The notes under the pieces were generated by a model, which was not told the DNA's origin, searched no databases, and worked only from the letters and a program-made list of their open reading frames with translations. From Candidatus Saccharimonadales bacterium (GTDB taxonomy: Bacteria; Patescibacteriota; Saccharimonadia; Saccharimonadales; JBGSXW01), in contig JBGSXW010000002.1 in the NCBI GenBank assembly GCA_041751215.1, positions 3,123-67,122 of the forward strand: a stretch of 64,000 bases of DNA, read 5' to 3'. This document shows positions 18,458-26,660 of this stretch, one piece after another. A program made the position numbers and the translations under genes. Position 1 is the stretch's first letter. Every line of letters starts with the position of its first letter.

Positions 18458-18826
18458 ATGATACGAACAGATGGTGATATTCAGCACGGACTAGCTCATT
18501 TAATGATTGGTGAGGCTTTTATTGCTAATACGATTGAAAACGATCGCTTTTCGGCTGCACAGCTTGATCAGTTCTTTGGAACCTTTCGAGAAAGTCATAG
18601 AGGCGCGCTTGGTCAGTTTACGACGCGTGCTGCCGAGATAGTTGGTTATGATGAACATCATGAGCTAGACGACTTCGGCCCACACGGTAAGTTTGCAGGC
18701 AAATTATCTCTACGAGAGTCTGGCTTAGCCGTTGTTGAAACTGAACTTCATCATGCCGCCCCAGCAGGGCTTAACGAGGCTTTAAAAGCTTCTTGCGCGA
18801 CTGCCGTAGCCGTACTACGCGGCTAA
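18458..18826 (+). CDS. His-rich hypothetical protein
   Basis: Start taken at Met45 of track ORF 18326..18826, preceded by aaggtgaaag. Scattered His clusters (DIQHGLAH, DEHHELDDFGPHG, ELHH). Confidence 0.45.
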   Translation: MIRTDGDIQHGLAHLMIGEAFIANTIENDRFSAAQLDQFFGTFRESHRGALGQFTTRAAEIVGYDEHHELDDFGPHGKFAGKLSLRESGLAVVETELHHAAPAGLNEALKASCATAVAVLRG

Positions 18827-20503
18827 GGCTAGTGGTTGACGATTGCGAGTTAAAACTAAGAGTATGATCTCGCCAAGCACCTGGGCCATACTCATAGTTT
18901 TATTTGTGGATTGAGTGGATGAGAATTGAGAAAATTCGAAACTGTACTCAATACTGAGGTCTTTTCTGAGTCCATGCAAGATATCGTATGCTTCTTGGTC
19001 AAAGATTAGTTCTTGATCGTCTGAAAATTCCAGCATCTGTGCTAAATCCTCGTAAGTAAGAGAAAGTTTAGCGGCAAGTTCTTCAAGTTTTTCTTTGAGT
19101 GTGGGCGATAAGACTGCTAGCTCATGGGATTCCGTGGTGCCTACTCCCTTAATTAGTTCAAAGATGTCTTCAATGATTTCTTGTACCTCTGGTGCATCCT
19201 CTGGCTCAACAGCAGATATTAATTCCGCAACCACAGCTTGCTGAGCGGGCTTTAACTCTCGTTCTGGAATGACGTTTTGTTCAGTACTCGAAGTCCTGTC
19301 TGGCACTGTGAAAAGCTCTTGTGCGGGTTCTTCAACTTCACTTATTGTGAGATTGTTGGTTGCTCCGGCATCAACAGCTATATCCCACAAGCTTATCTCG
19401 TCATTTTCTGACAGAGCGATAGGTAGCTCGCCAGCTTCAAAGGTAAGATCTTCAACTTCACTTGATTCTTCAACCATAGTTTCGCTGGTCGTGAGAACTT
19501 CTTGCGTGAGCAAGTCAATGTTATCGACATCATTGCTATCAGCCTGTTCAATATCAACAGGTTCCATATCCTCTGATACTGACAGTGTATTAAATTCTAC
19601 GCTGCCCTCGGTTTTTTCCTCACCATCACCATCAGTAATCTCTGCTTGATTGGTTTCGATAGTACTTTTCTGTATTGGTTCCACGGCTTCGATAGCGTCT
19701 GTTTTGCTCCTTTCAACTGGTTTGTTAACCGCAGGTACTTTGGCTTCTTCCCGATTAACCTGTTCCGTTCGTTCGGCTATATTTTGTTTTTCCTTTTCGG
19801 GCATTGATTTGGTGTTACTCTCAACGACTGCTTGAGAGGCCTCGGTAGCATCAATACGTTGCCGTAGGGCTGCATCCATTTCGGGTTTAACGATGGTTGC
19901 TTGTTTGGCGATCTCTACTTCTACCGCAAGGCGTTGTTGGGCTTCTGTAGCATCTACAATCTGTTCTGCGATGGTTTCTGCCGCCGTTTTTTGTTCCTGG
20001 TGAGGTGCTTTTTCTAAATTATCAAATAAAGAATCGGCGTGTTTATCAGCTTGCGGCTGATTATGTTCGCAGTGTGCATCACAGACATGCGGTTTATGTG
20101 CTTCGTGCTGGTGATCGTCAAGTTCTTTTGCTGCTCTGTTGGCGGTTTCTTTATCGGCTGCTATCTTGGCTGGCTCAACTTTTGGTTTGGTTGTCTCGGC
20201 TTCAGGTTTACTGAGATCATTAAAGAGACTGTCAGACATCTCATCTGCTTTAGACTGATGGTGCTCGCAGTTAGGGCCGCAAACATGATCTTTTTCTAGG
20301 TCTGCAAAAAGATCATCACTCATTTCATTGGCTTGCATCTGCGAGTGCTCACAGTCTGGGGTGCAGACGTGTCCTTCAACCCCGTGTGCAGTTTCTAGGT
20401 GGGGGTGATGTTGCGTAGTCTCTGCTTGCTGTTCAACATGAGCCACAGCCTCATGAGCTTCGTGCTGATGGGCTTGCGCTAGAACTTCAGCATTTGCAGG
20501 CAT
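18815..20503 (-). CDS. acidic, His/Cys-repeat putative metal-binding protein
   Basis: 562 aa with a His-rich N-terminus and three repeats of HVCxxxCEHxQxxA(D/N)(E/K)xxDxLFxxL. It has a very acidic middle and a hydrophobic C-terminal segment. Confidence 0.6.
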   Translation of the reverse strand: MPANAEVLAQAHQHEAHEAVAHVEQQAETTQHHPHLETAHGVEGHVCTPDCEHSQMQANEMSDDLFADLEKDHVCGPNCEHHQSKADEMSDSLFNDLSKPEAETTKPKVEPAKIAADKETANRAAKELDDHQHEAHKPHVCDAHCEHNQPQADKHADSLFDNLEKAPHQEQKTAAETIAEQIVDATEAQQRLAVEVEIAKQATIVKPEMDAALRQRIDATEASQAVVESNTKSMPEKEKQNIAERTEQVNREEAKVPAVNKPVERSKTDAIEAVEPIQKSTIETNQAEITDGDGEEKTEGSVEFNTLSVSEDMEPVDIEQADSNDVDNIDLLTQEVLTTSETMVEESSEVEDLTFEAGELPIALSENDEISLWDIAVDAGATNNLTISEVEEPAQELFTVPDRTSSTEQNVIPERELKPAQQAVVAELISAVEPEDAPEVQEIIEDIFELIKGVGTTESHELAVLSPTLKEKLEELAAKLSLTYEDLAQMLEFSDDQELIFDQEAYDILHGLRKDLSIEYSFEFSQFSSTQSTNKTMSMAQVLGEIILLVLTRNRQPLALAA

Positions 20504-21157
20504 TTAGGCAGTAACTTTCTTTTGAGTGGTTAAGAATTCGTTAATATTTAGGCCGACACGGCTTTGTGCTAATAGCTTGATCCGTTCCATCTCACTATCC
20601 TCAACCTCTTTGATAAAGAAACTAAAGAATTGTTTCTTTGAGACAAAATAGGTGGTTATTAGTAAGCGTTGGTATGGTAATACCTCCACGCCAGACTGCT
20701 TGCGTGTCCAGTGCTCAATCTTTGGGGTATGGTCGAACAGTAGCGGGATATTCTTAGAAAAGACTTGCTTACCATCACGTTCTAGCCAGTGAGTGTAAAA
20801 GTTCTCCCAGGTGTCGTATTCAGCAAAAGCATGTGTTTCATCTGGCGTAAAGTTACCAAACCGGTTGCCAAGCTCTTGATTATATCGATCACGAGAAAAT
20901 GCCAAAAATTGCTCCACAGTTGTATCAGGTACATGCTTTACGAGATATTCCTTTATTTCCTTTTTAAAAGGATTAGCAAGCGTTATGGTAAAAGGCTGGA
21001 ACCCAAGCTCATCTGTGCCATTACGGCGCTGCTCAGCGTACTCAGCGTCGCCGACATGCAAAAAACTAACCACCTGCCAATCATGGAATCCGTCCTTGTT
21101 TGGCTTCTCGGTTGCAAAATCGTTCCAAAATAACTGAAATGAATCAAATACTATCAT
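20504..21157 (-). CDS. hypothetical protein (first gene of the operon divergent from the Fur-family gene)
   Basis: 217-aa ORF with no recognised motif. Its stop abuts the start of the 562-aa ORF. Confidence 0.55.
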   Translation of the reverse strand: MIVFDSFQLFWNDFATEKPNKDGFHDWQVVSFLHVGDAEYAEQRRNGTDELGFQPFTITLANPFKKEIKEYLVKHVPDTTVEQFLAFSRDRYNQELGNRFGNFTPDETHAFAEYDTWENFYTHWLERDGKQVFSKNIPLLFDHTPKIEHWTRKQSGVEVLPYQRLLITTYFVSKKQFFSFFIKEVEDSEMERIKLLAQSRVGLNINEFLTTQKKVTA

Positions 21158-21191
21158 ATCTAGTACATTCTAAGAGGTAGTGACTACTTAT

Positions 21192-21206
21192 TGCAAATTA
21201 GTTGCA
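21192..21206. promoter_or_regulatory. Fur/Zur-box-like palindrome
   Basis: TGCAAATTAGTTGCA (arms TGCAA/TTGCA), about 20 nt upstream of the Fur-family ATG in a divergent intergenic region. Confidence 0.55.
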
Positions 21207-21226
21207 TTTTTGATATTATTTGCATC

Positions 21227-21703
21227 ATGGATCAGATTGATAGATTAAAATCTCTACTAACCGAACGCGGGTACAGTATTACTAAGCCTCGCTTAGAGGT
21301 CTTCCGTGTCTTAGCAGCGAATGAGGAGCCACTGAATGTAACTGATATTGTGGCTCGTCTCTCTACTAAGGTAGATAAGGTAAGTATTTACCGCACGATT
21401 GAGCTGTACGAAAAGATTGGCATTGTGCACCGCGTATGGACCGGGTTTAAGAGTAAGGTTGAGCTGAGTGAAGCATTTTCACCTCACCACCATCACTTCA
21501 CATGTATTAAATGTGGAAAAACAACCGGATTGCGAAGTGAGGCACTAGAGAAAGAACTAGAGAATCTTGAGAGTGATCAACACTTTAAGCTGACACACCA
21601 CTCAATTGAACTAAAGGGCTTTTGTGAAGATTGTATAAGGCAAGTTAACATAACTCACGAAAAAGGGAGGGTTGCCCATGCCAGCGGTGTACAAGCCACG
21701 TAA
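21227..21703 (+). CDS. Fur-family metalloregulator (probably Zur)
   Basis: Start taken at Met13 (MDQIDRLKSLL). Winged-helix N-terminus, then HHHFTCIKCGK and GFCEDC metal-site motifs. Confidence 0.85.
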   Translation: MDQIDRLKSLLTERGYSITKPRLEVFRVLAANEEPLNVTDIVARLSTKVDKVSIYRTIELYEKIGIVHRVWTGFKSKVELSEAFSPHHHHFTCIKCGKTTGLRSEALEKELENLESDQHFKLTHHSIELKGFCEDCIRQVNITHEKGRVAHASGVQAT

Positions 21704-21848
21704 ACGAGTAGATCGAGAGGTTTTACAGACGACTGCAAACTCGTCTCAATCAGATGATGTACAGCAGCCAAGAGATAAATCTATAAAAGTACTCGTAGTT
21801 TCCCTGCTTGTGCTTATTGCAGTATTAATTTATCTTATCGCCCAATAA
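21678..21848 (+). CDS. possible small tail-anchored membrane protein
   Basis: 56-codon ORF below the track threshold, with RBS gggagg 7 nt upstream of the ATG. It ends with the hydrophobic VLVVSLLVLIAVLIYLIA and overlaps the fur-family 3' end. Confidence 0.35.
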   Translation: MPAVYKPRKRVDREVLQTTANSSQSDDVQQPRDKSIKVLVVSLLVLIAVLIYLIAQ

Positions 21849-21858
21849 CTAACGAGAT

Positions 21859-22086
21859 TTAGCTGTTCTTGAGTGATGCTTTATATTTTTCTAAAAAGTC
21901 GTCGTAATTGAGGTCGCCAACTTTCTCGGCGTGGAATGCGAAGCGTTCCATGAATTTCAAGAAGCCTACGGCGTAGTTGCGGTTGGCGTTGTTTGAATCG
22001 TGGTACTTCAAATAGTTGATAGTCTTTTCGATTACTTCTTCATCTTCATGAAGGTTACGATCTTTGAATACATCTGCGTCGCTCAT
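21859..22086 (-). CDS. hypothetical small protein downstream of the PLD nuclease
   Basis: 75-aa ORF starting 1 nt after the PLD-like gene stop. Confidence 0.5.
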   Translation of the reverse strand: MSDADVFKDRNLHEDEEVIEKTINYLKYHDSNNANRNYAVGFLKFMERFAFHAEKVGDLNYDDFLEKYKASLKNS

Positions 22087-22087
22087 A

Positions 22088-22552
22088 TCAACTCACTTTC
22101 GTTAGATATCGACTTAGTCCAATAAACTTTATGAGTGTTTCAGCCTCAACGGCCGATACCGTTCGCCTCATTATCTCACAACTATCATAGTACGAAAGAA
22201 TGTTCAGGCTTCCTTCGTAAAATACGGTACGGTCAATGATGGCGATTTTTCGGTGGTGTTTAACGGTAAACAGTACATTTACACCAAGTTCTTGTAATAG
22301 GCCTACTGCACATTCAGCTTGTAGCCTGTATTCTTGGTCATGTTCCTCTGGGTTACGAGTATTGATAACAATCTTTACCCCACGTTGTCGTAGTTTTGTA
22401 ATTAAGGGTACGAGTTGATTTACTCGATTGAACCGAATGAAAGGGCTTTCAATAATCAGGCTGCTGTGCGCCCGCTTAATATCTTTCATGAACTGTTGGT
22501 CAAAGGTCTCTTGATCAAACAGACTTGATGCTACATTTCTACGACCGAACAT
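22088..22552 (-). CDS. phospholipase-D-superfamily (Nuc-like) nuclease, single HKD domain
   Basis: 154 aa. HHRKIAIIDRTVFYEGSLN matches HxK(x)4D...GSxN. Confidence 0.75.
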   Translation of the reverse strand: MFGRRNVASSLFDQETFDQQFMKDIKRAHSSLIIESPFIRFNRVNQLVPLITKLRQRGVKIVINTRNPEEHDQEYRLQAECAVGLLQELGVNVLFTVKHHRKIAIIDRTVFYEGSLNILSYYDSCEIMRRTVSAVEAETLIKFIGLSRYLTKVS

Positions 22553-22688
22553 TTCTTAGCTCCAAATCGGGCAGATATACTTCACCGTCTTTGATGACCA
22601 TGCCTAATGCTTTAAAATTATCTCTGAGCTTAAAAAGATCGTCGAAAAGCGGTTCTAAATTAATACTAGTGAGCTCACCAAAGTAAGC

Positions 22689-22875
22689 CACCCACCTTGC
22701 GTGGGTGTTTTACTTTGGTACGCTCTGCGAGCGTAGAATTCGTAGGGTTCGATAACAACGAGCACGCACAGGAACTACCTCCTAGTTCCGAGCATGCGAG
22801 GAGGTTATACTTCGAGTACTCCCGTAGGGATCACCAATCTAAGGACGCCAGCTTGCTGGTGTTTTTAGATTGGTG
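22689..22875 (+). other. structured intergenic region with two terminator-like hairpins on the + strand
   Basis: cacccac-cttgc-gtgggtg+TTTT (22689-22711). Mutually exclusive hairpins ggaacta..tagttcc and cctcc..ggagg. Nested hairpin caccaatctaa...ttagattggtg (22832-22875) encloses gccag-cttg-ctggt+TTTTT (22847-22866). No + strand gene is nearby. Confidence 0.3.
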
Positions 22876-22890
22876 ACTTTGTGTACGAAT

Positions 22891-23811
22891 CTAGCCTTCT
22901 GGCGCCAAAAACCCGCCAATCGGCATGAACTGAGCTGACCATTCTCTCACCCTGTCGATGTCGTTTTCATCTGGGAGCCCCAGCTTAAGCCCGGCCGTAG
23001 TCCAATATGTGGTATGAGGAAAGCCGAAGTAAAGTTCTTTGGCGGTGTAGTTCGTGAGCGTAAAGTCTGTCCTGTCGGTTACTAAGTCTCCATTTGAGTC
23101 GCGCCAGTTTATTTCCATGAAAGAGTTAGAGCCATCAACTCTAGTAACGATTAGAACAGTTACGTTATCGTCCATAAATACGCCTGTTGCGGGCCACGCT
23201 GTACCCGGGGCGACTCCTGTAGTTGCGCCCCATCTTCGGGGCGTGCCCAAGACGTTGGATATAAGACTTACGGTTGTGCCAATGTAGCCTTGGTGGGCGT
23301 CCCAAGCTGAGCCATTTGTCTGTGCGGAACCATTCGGGAGCCGGCACAACATGGCGCACCAGTAAGGAGTGTCGTATCCGTTCGGGGCATTAAACCATGT
23401 ACTAGAATCTTCAGGATCTAAGTTTGGTGACAGCGTAGAGTGGGCGTCGTGTAAGCCGCCGAACTCCGGTACGTCAAGTTCTGCCAAAAAATCGTGGTAT
23501 GCCGCGGCCCGGCCGTTAAACCTTTGGGAGCCTGGCAAGTAAACTGCACCCGGAAAGGCTGTCTGGCCTACTGTATTTCCCCATGCTCCATTATCTCTTT
23601 GTACAGGCATGTTATTCGTGCCTCTGTCTAAGATTGTCTCAATCCGAGTTGCGGGATCAATGTCCCAGCCAGAGCCATCATCAGCATAGGTCGACGAATC
23701 AGCTACGTCCCAAGAGTGGGTCCAGGCCGTCAGGCTATCCCAGTTGGGCACAGCCACTAGCTGACCGTTAACTGAGAGTGACCCGCCGTTAACAAGTATG
23801 CGCTTTGGCAC
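22891..23811 (-). CDS. hypothetical protein co-transcribed with the tail-fibre-like gene
   Basis: 306 aa, Trp/Gly/Asn/Thr-rich (beta-rich, lectin-like composition). It starts 4 nt after the upstream gene. Confidence 0.5.
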   Translation of the reverse strand: MPKRILVNGGSLSVNGQLVAVPNWDSLTAWTHSWDVADSSTYADDGSGWDIDPATRIETILDRGTNNMPVQRDNGAWGNTVGQTAFPGAVYLPGSQRFNGRAAAYHDFLAELDVPEFGGLHDAHSTLSPNLDPEDSSTWFNAPNGYDTPYWCAMLCRLPNGSAQTNGSAWDAHQGYIGTTVSLISNVLGTPRRWGATTGVAPGTAWPATGVFMDDNVTVLIVTRVDGSNSFMEINWRDSNGDLVTDRTDFTLTNYTAKELYFGFPHTTYWTTAGLKLGLPDENDIDRVREWSAQFMPIGGFLAPEG

Positions 23812-23814
23812 TTT

Positions 23815-24990
23815 TTATGCCCCTGGCTCAAAATCTACTAATAATACTTCTGACACGACATCATTGTTTGAAACGGCTTCGCCGGTAGCAAACAGGCTGT
23901 TAGCGCTCGAGAGTGTAGCGGCGACTGTCGTGAAGTTTGTGAGGACTGAAGTATTGTAAAACAGTGTGCCAACACAGTCTTGAGTGGTCGCTCCGGTTCG
24001 TGTGATGCTCACCTCTGCTCGCCACGAACCAGCCACAGAAGTAGGAAGAGCTCCACTGTCAAGGATGGTCGTTGCACCAAACTTAATTCGGATTCGCTTT
24101 GCGTTGGCGTTGTTTGCGAATGTGCCCTGAAAACGACCCCGAACAGTGTCCCCGTTAGTAGCTAACGTGTTTGCTATAACAGAGAAGGTTTGCAGGTTAT
24201 CTTCGCCGCCACCGACATTGCCAACCGCAGTAACGCTATGTCCGATACGGCCAGGGAGACTGGCGTAAGACCCCAAAATGTAGATGTTAGCCATAACGCC
24301 CGCCCTTAGTCTGCCAATGAACGCGTCGGGTGCGGTCGTGCCAGCGCCAAATCCTATAAAGCCAACCGAGCCAAATGCACTGGCGATTGCTATTGAGGGA
24401 TGAGCGTCGGTACTGTTTTTATACAAAGTCAGACGTATGTCGTCAGCAACCCCACCATTAAAGCTCTCGATAGCCACTCTTCGCCCTCCGCTGTTAGTGA
24501 ACGTTTGGCTGGTTGTTCCAAAAGCTTTTTTAGCGGCACCAGACACGGCAATGACATCATCAGAATCCATAAGCACGGCATTGCCATCCTCAACACCCAC
24601 AATAGTGTCGGTCGTGTCAGGGTTAGTTGCTGCTGGCAGGTCGGCAATTTCCGTTGCGTCGTCTAATACGGCATCGATGTCAGCTTGTGTCGCCAGGTCG
24701 CTGGTGTCAGCAATACCGTGCACATCGTTCGTTGTATTGCTGTGAGTGGTTAAGTTGCTAGCGACGGTCGCTGCTGCTCCAGCCGAGTCAAAGTCACCGG
24801 TATCAGCTGTTGCGGCGCTGCCTAGGCCAAGGTTATTGCGAGCCTGCGGTGCTGTAGTCGCGCCTGTTCCCCCTTTGGAAATGCCGACTCGTTTCAGCGA
24901 CCCGTCGGGGTTATGGGACGTTTTTAAAAATGCATTGAGGATCTCACCCCAGTTTCCAGTATCTCCCCCAGGCTTTGGCAGTCTTGGCAT
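23815..24990 (-). CDS. phage tail-fibre-like protein
   Basis: 391 aa. The N-terminal LPKPGGDTGNWGEILNAFL and GGTGATTAPQARNNLGLGSAA resemble N-terminal motifs of phage tail fibres; the remainder is Gly/Thr/Ala-rich. Confidence 0.55.
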   Translation of the reverse strand: MPRLPKPGGDTGNWGEILNAFLKTSHNPDGSLKRVGISKGGTGATTAPQARNNLGLGSAATADTGDFDSAGAAATVASNLTTHSNTTNDVHGIADTSDLATQADIDAVLDDATEIADLPAATNPDTTDTIVGVEDGNAVLMDSDDVIAVSGAAKKAFGTTSQTFTNSGGRRVAIESFNGGVADDIRLTLYKNSTDAHPSIAIASAFGSVGFIGFGAGTTAPDAFIGRLRAGVMANIYILGSYASLPGRIGHSVTAVGNVGGGEDNLQTFSVIANTLATNGDTVRGRFQGTFANNANAKRIRIKFGATTILDSGALPTSVAGSWRAEVSITRTGATTQDCVGTLFYNTSVLTNFTTVAATLSSANSLFATGEAVSNNDVVSEVLLVDFEPGA

Positions 24991-25118
24991 CAGAACCCTC
25001 CACAGTTCTTAGGTCTCGGCTTTAAACGCACCTCTATCACAAACCACGTCTCTTGTGGGGTAATTATATCACGGTAATAACATAAGCTTTTAGGCGAATA
25101 ATTGTCGTTAGCCGACTA

Positions 25119-25147
25119 TTGTAAAAACCCTTAAGGCATGGCATAAT
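25119..25147 (+). promoter_or_regulatory. candidate sigma70-type promoter for the small-membrane-protein cassette
   Basis: TTGTAA (25119-25124), a 17-nt spacer, then CATAAT (25142-25147), in low-GC DNA just upstream of the GC-rich genes. Confidence 0.3.
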
Positions 25148-25264
25148 ACTTGCGATTCACTTTGTGGGCAACTACAGAGGCGAAAGTAGATCTGAGGAGA
25201 CAACCTCAACCAAGATCTTTCCATCGAACGACTAAACACGTTCACTGACAGTTGGGAGTAAACA

Positions 25265-25600
25265 ATGCACTACACCCTGATGAAGCACTTCAAGATGAAG
25301 GAGGACGGTTTCGTCGACTTCGGTCACAGCGCCTCGGTCCTCTTCATGGGTTTCATGACGGTCTTCGGTCCGTGCGTGATCTTTTTGGTCGCGCTGCCCT
25401 CGTTCGCTTACGCGACTGTTGAAGGCGGTGCGTTCTGGTTCATGCTGCTCACCGCCGCTCTCTGCTTGGTGGCGTACCTCGCCGCCCTCAGCGTCTTGAA
25501 GCTGGTGATGTTCACCATCGCCTGCTACATGGCCTGCCGCGAGGAGTTCATCAAGAAGATGCTCAACGAGAGTCGTTCATCCGAACGGTTCGATTCCTGA
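25265..25600 (+). CDS. small membrane protein 1 (GC-rich cassette)
   Basis: 111 aa with RBS gggag, hydrophobic helices and strong G/C at third codon positions. Confidence 0.6.
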   Translation: MHYTLMKHFKMKEDGFVDFGHSASVLFMGFMTVFGPCVIFLVALPSFAYATVEGGAFWFMLLTAALCLVAYLAALSVLKLVMFTIACYMACREEFIKKMLNESRSSERFDS

Positions 25601-25613
25601 GATTGGAGCAGCA

Positions 25614-25892
25614 ATGTCCGAAGTCAAGCAGTCCGAAAAGTACAAGAATGCCTACAGATCGGGCGTCCGTAGCTCGCTCATCTCGGCCTCTGTTGCCCTG
25701 ATGATGCTGTACTGGGCGCTCACCCCCACCCCGAATGTCACCGAGAAGATGCAGGTCAACACGTGGCTGCTGTTCGCAGTTGTCGCGGCGGGCTTCTTTT
25801 GCACAGTCTTGCTGGCCATCGGAAACTGGATCCTCGCCGAAGTCGCCAAGATGCACGAGTCCGACAGCGAGCCTGTCAACAAGTCCAACTGA
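25614..25892 (+). CDS. small membrane protein 2 (GC-rich cassette)
   Basis: 92 aa with RBS ggag, two hydrophobic helices, an N-terminal KQSEKYKNAYRSGV and strong GC3. Confidence 0.6.
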   Translation: MSEVKQSEKYKNAYRSGVRSSLISASVALMMLYWALTPTPNVTEKMQVNTWLLFAVVAAGFFCTVLLAIGNWILAEVAKMHESDSEPVNKSN

Positions 25893-25909
25893 ACGATCGG
25901 AGCAGATCA

Positions 25910-26188
25910 GTGACAGCAAAGATCAACCCGGAGAAATACAACGACTGCAAAGATGGTGTCCTCGAGTCGCTCTTCTCGGCCTTCATTTTTGGGGGTTTTG
26001 CCGCAATCACGTTGGGACTTGCAGTTACGGGCGATGCCGAAGACTCTGGTAGCCCGCAATGGGTTCCCTGGGTGCTCTTCGGCCTGCTGACCATCGCGGT
26101 CATCTGGTTGCTGTTGCGGGCGTACTACTACCGCATCAGGATGATCGACATCAAGTCCGGCGAGGAGGCTTCAGCCACCGAGCAGTAG
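25910..26188 (+). CDS. small membrane protein 3 (GC-rich cassette)
   Basis: GTG start preceded by ggag, inside track ORF 25763..26188. The N-terminal KINPEKYNDCKDGV parallels protein 2. Two hydrophobic helices. Confidence 0.5.
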   Translation: MTAKINPEKYNDCKDGVLESLFSAFIFGGFAAITLGLAVTGDAEDSGSPQWVPWVLFGLLTIAVIWLLLRAYYYRIRMIDIKSGEEASATEQ

Positions 26189-26217
26189 CACTACGCGCAA
26201 CATCGATTGGAGGTCGA

Positions 26218-26478
26218 ATGAGTGGCCACAACTACCCGCGAACAAGTGGCGAGTACGTACGGATCGCTGCGTTGTGGAAGCTGACGGGGCGTACCTTCAC
26301 GGGGGCTGCGCTGTTCAGCTTCGTCCTGCTGATTGCCATGTGGGGCAACTTCAGTTTCGTGGCGCGGCTTATCCAGATCGTCTTGGTTCTGACATACCTC
26401 GTAGGCCTTGCTACCTGCTTGGTGCGCTACGTAGTCAACATGAACCGAGCCTTTCCCGAGGAAACGCCAAACAACTGA
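26218..26478 (+). CDS. small membrane protein 4 (GC-rich cassette)
   Basis: ATG preceded by ggagg, inside track ORF 26059..26478. Two hydrophobic helices. Confidence 0.5.
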   Translation: MSGHNYPRTSGEYVRIAALWKLTGRTFTGAALFSFVLLIAMWGNFSFVARLIQIVLVLTYLVGLATCLVRYVVNMNRAFPEETPNN

Positions 26479-26660
26479 GAGCTGGGCGGGATCGCTGCAA
26501 ATACTGGGCGATCCCGCACCACCAGCCTCACATCCAATAACTCCCAACTGTCAATTCACTTCAGAAATTGTGTAATTTCTCTGATGAGTCCCCGGCCTCC
26601 GCAACTACTGCGGCGGGCAGGCGCCAGGACGAAAAGTGAACAACATGTTACAATACATTC

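Noticed and set aside
19269-20299. + strand ORFs antisense to the 562-aa acidic protein (19269..19649, 19650..19835, 20005..20214, 20039..20299)
   Set aside because: They are Ser/Leu-rich mirror frames of a Glu/Asp/Ala-rich low-complexity gene. The minus-strand frame carries the repeated Cys/His motif.
22553-22700. Possible ~50-codon minus-strand ORF (GTG start, ...EPLFDDLFKLRDNFKALGMVIKDGEVYLPDLELRNVRS) overlapping the PLD gene start
   Set aside because: It has no ATG or RBS support and falls below any length where I can judge coding potential. It overlaps the hairpin region. It is kept only as a note.
25563-26547. Several 75-141-aa ORFs on the minus strand and in alternative + frames (25563..25919, 25652..25888, 25735..26052, 25876..26103, 26191..26547, 26274..26540) and the long N-terminal extensions of 25763..26188 and 26059..26478
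   Set aside because: These are typical stop-poor shadow frames of GC-rich DNA. The chosen frames have GGAG sites, GC3 bias and membrane-protein hydrophobicity, while the alternatives are Arg/Pro/Gly-rich nonsense.
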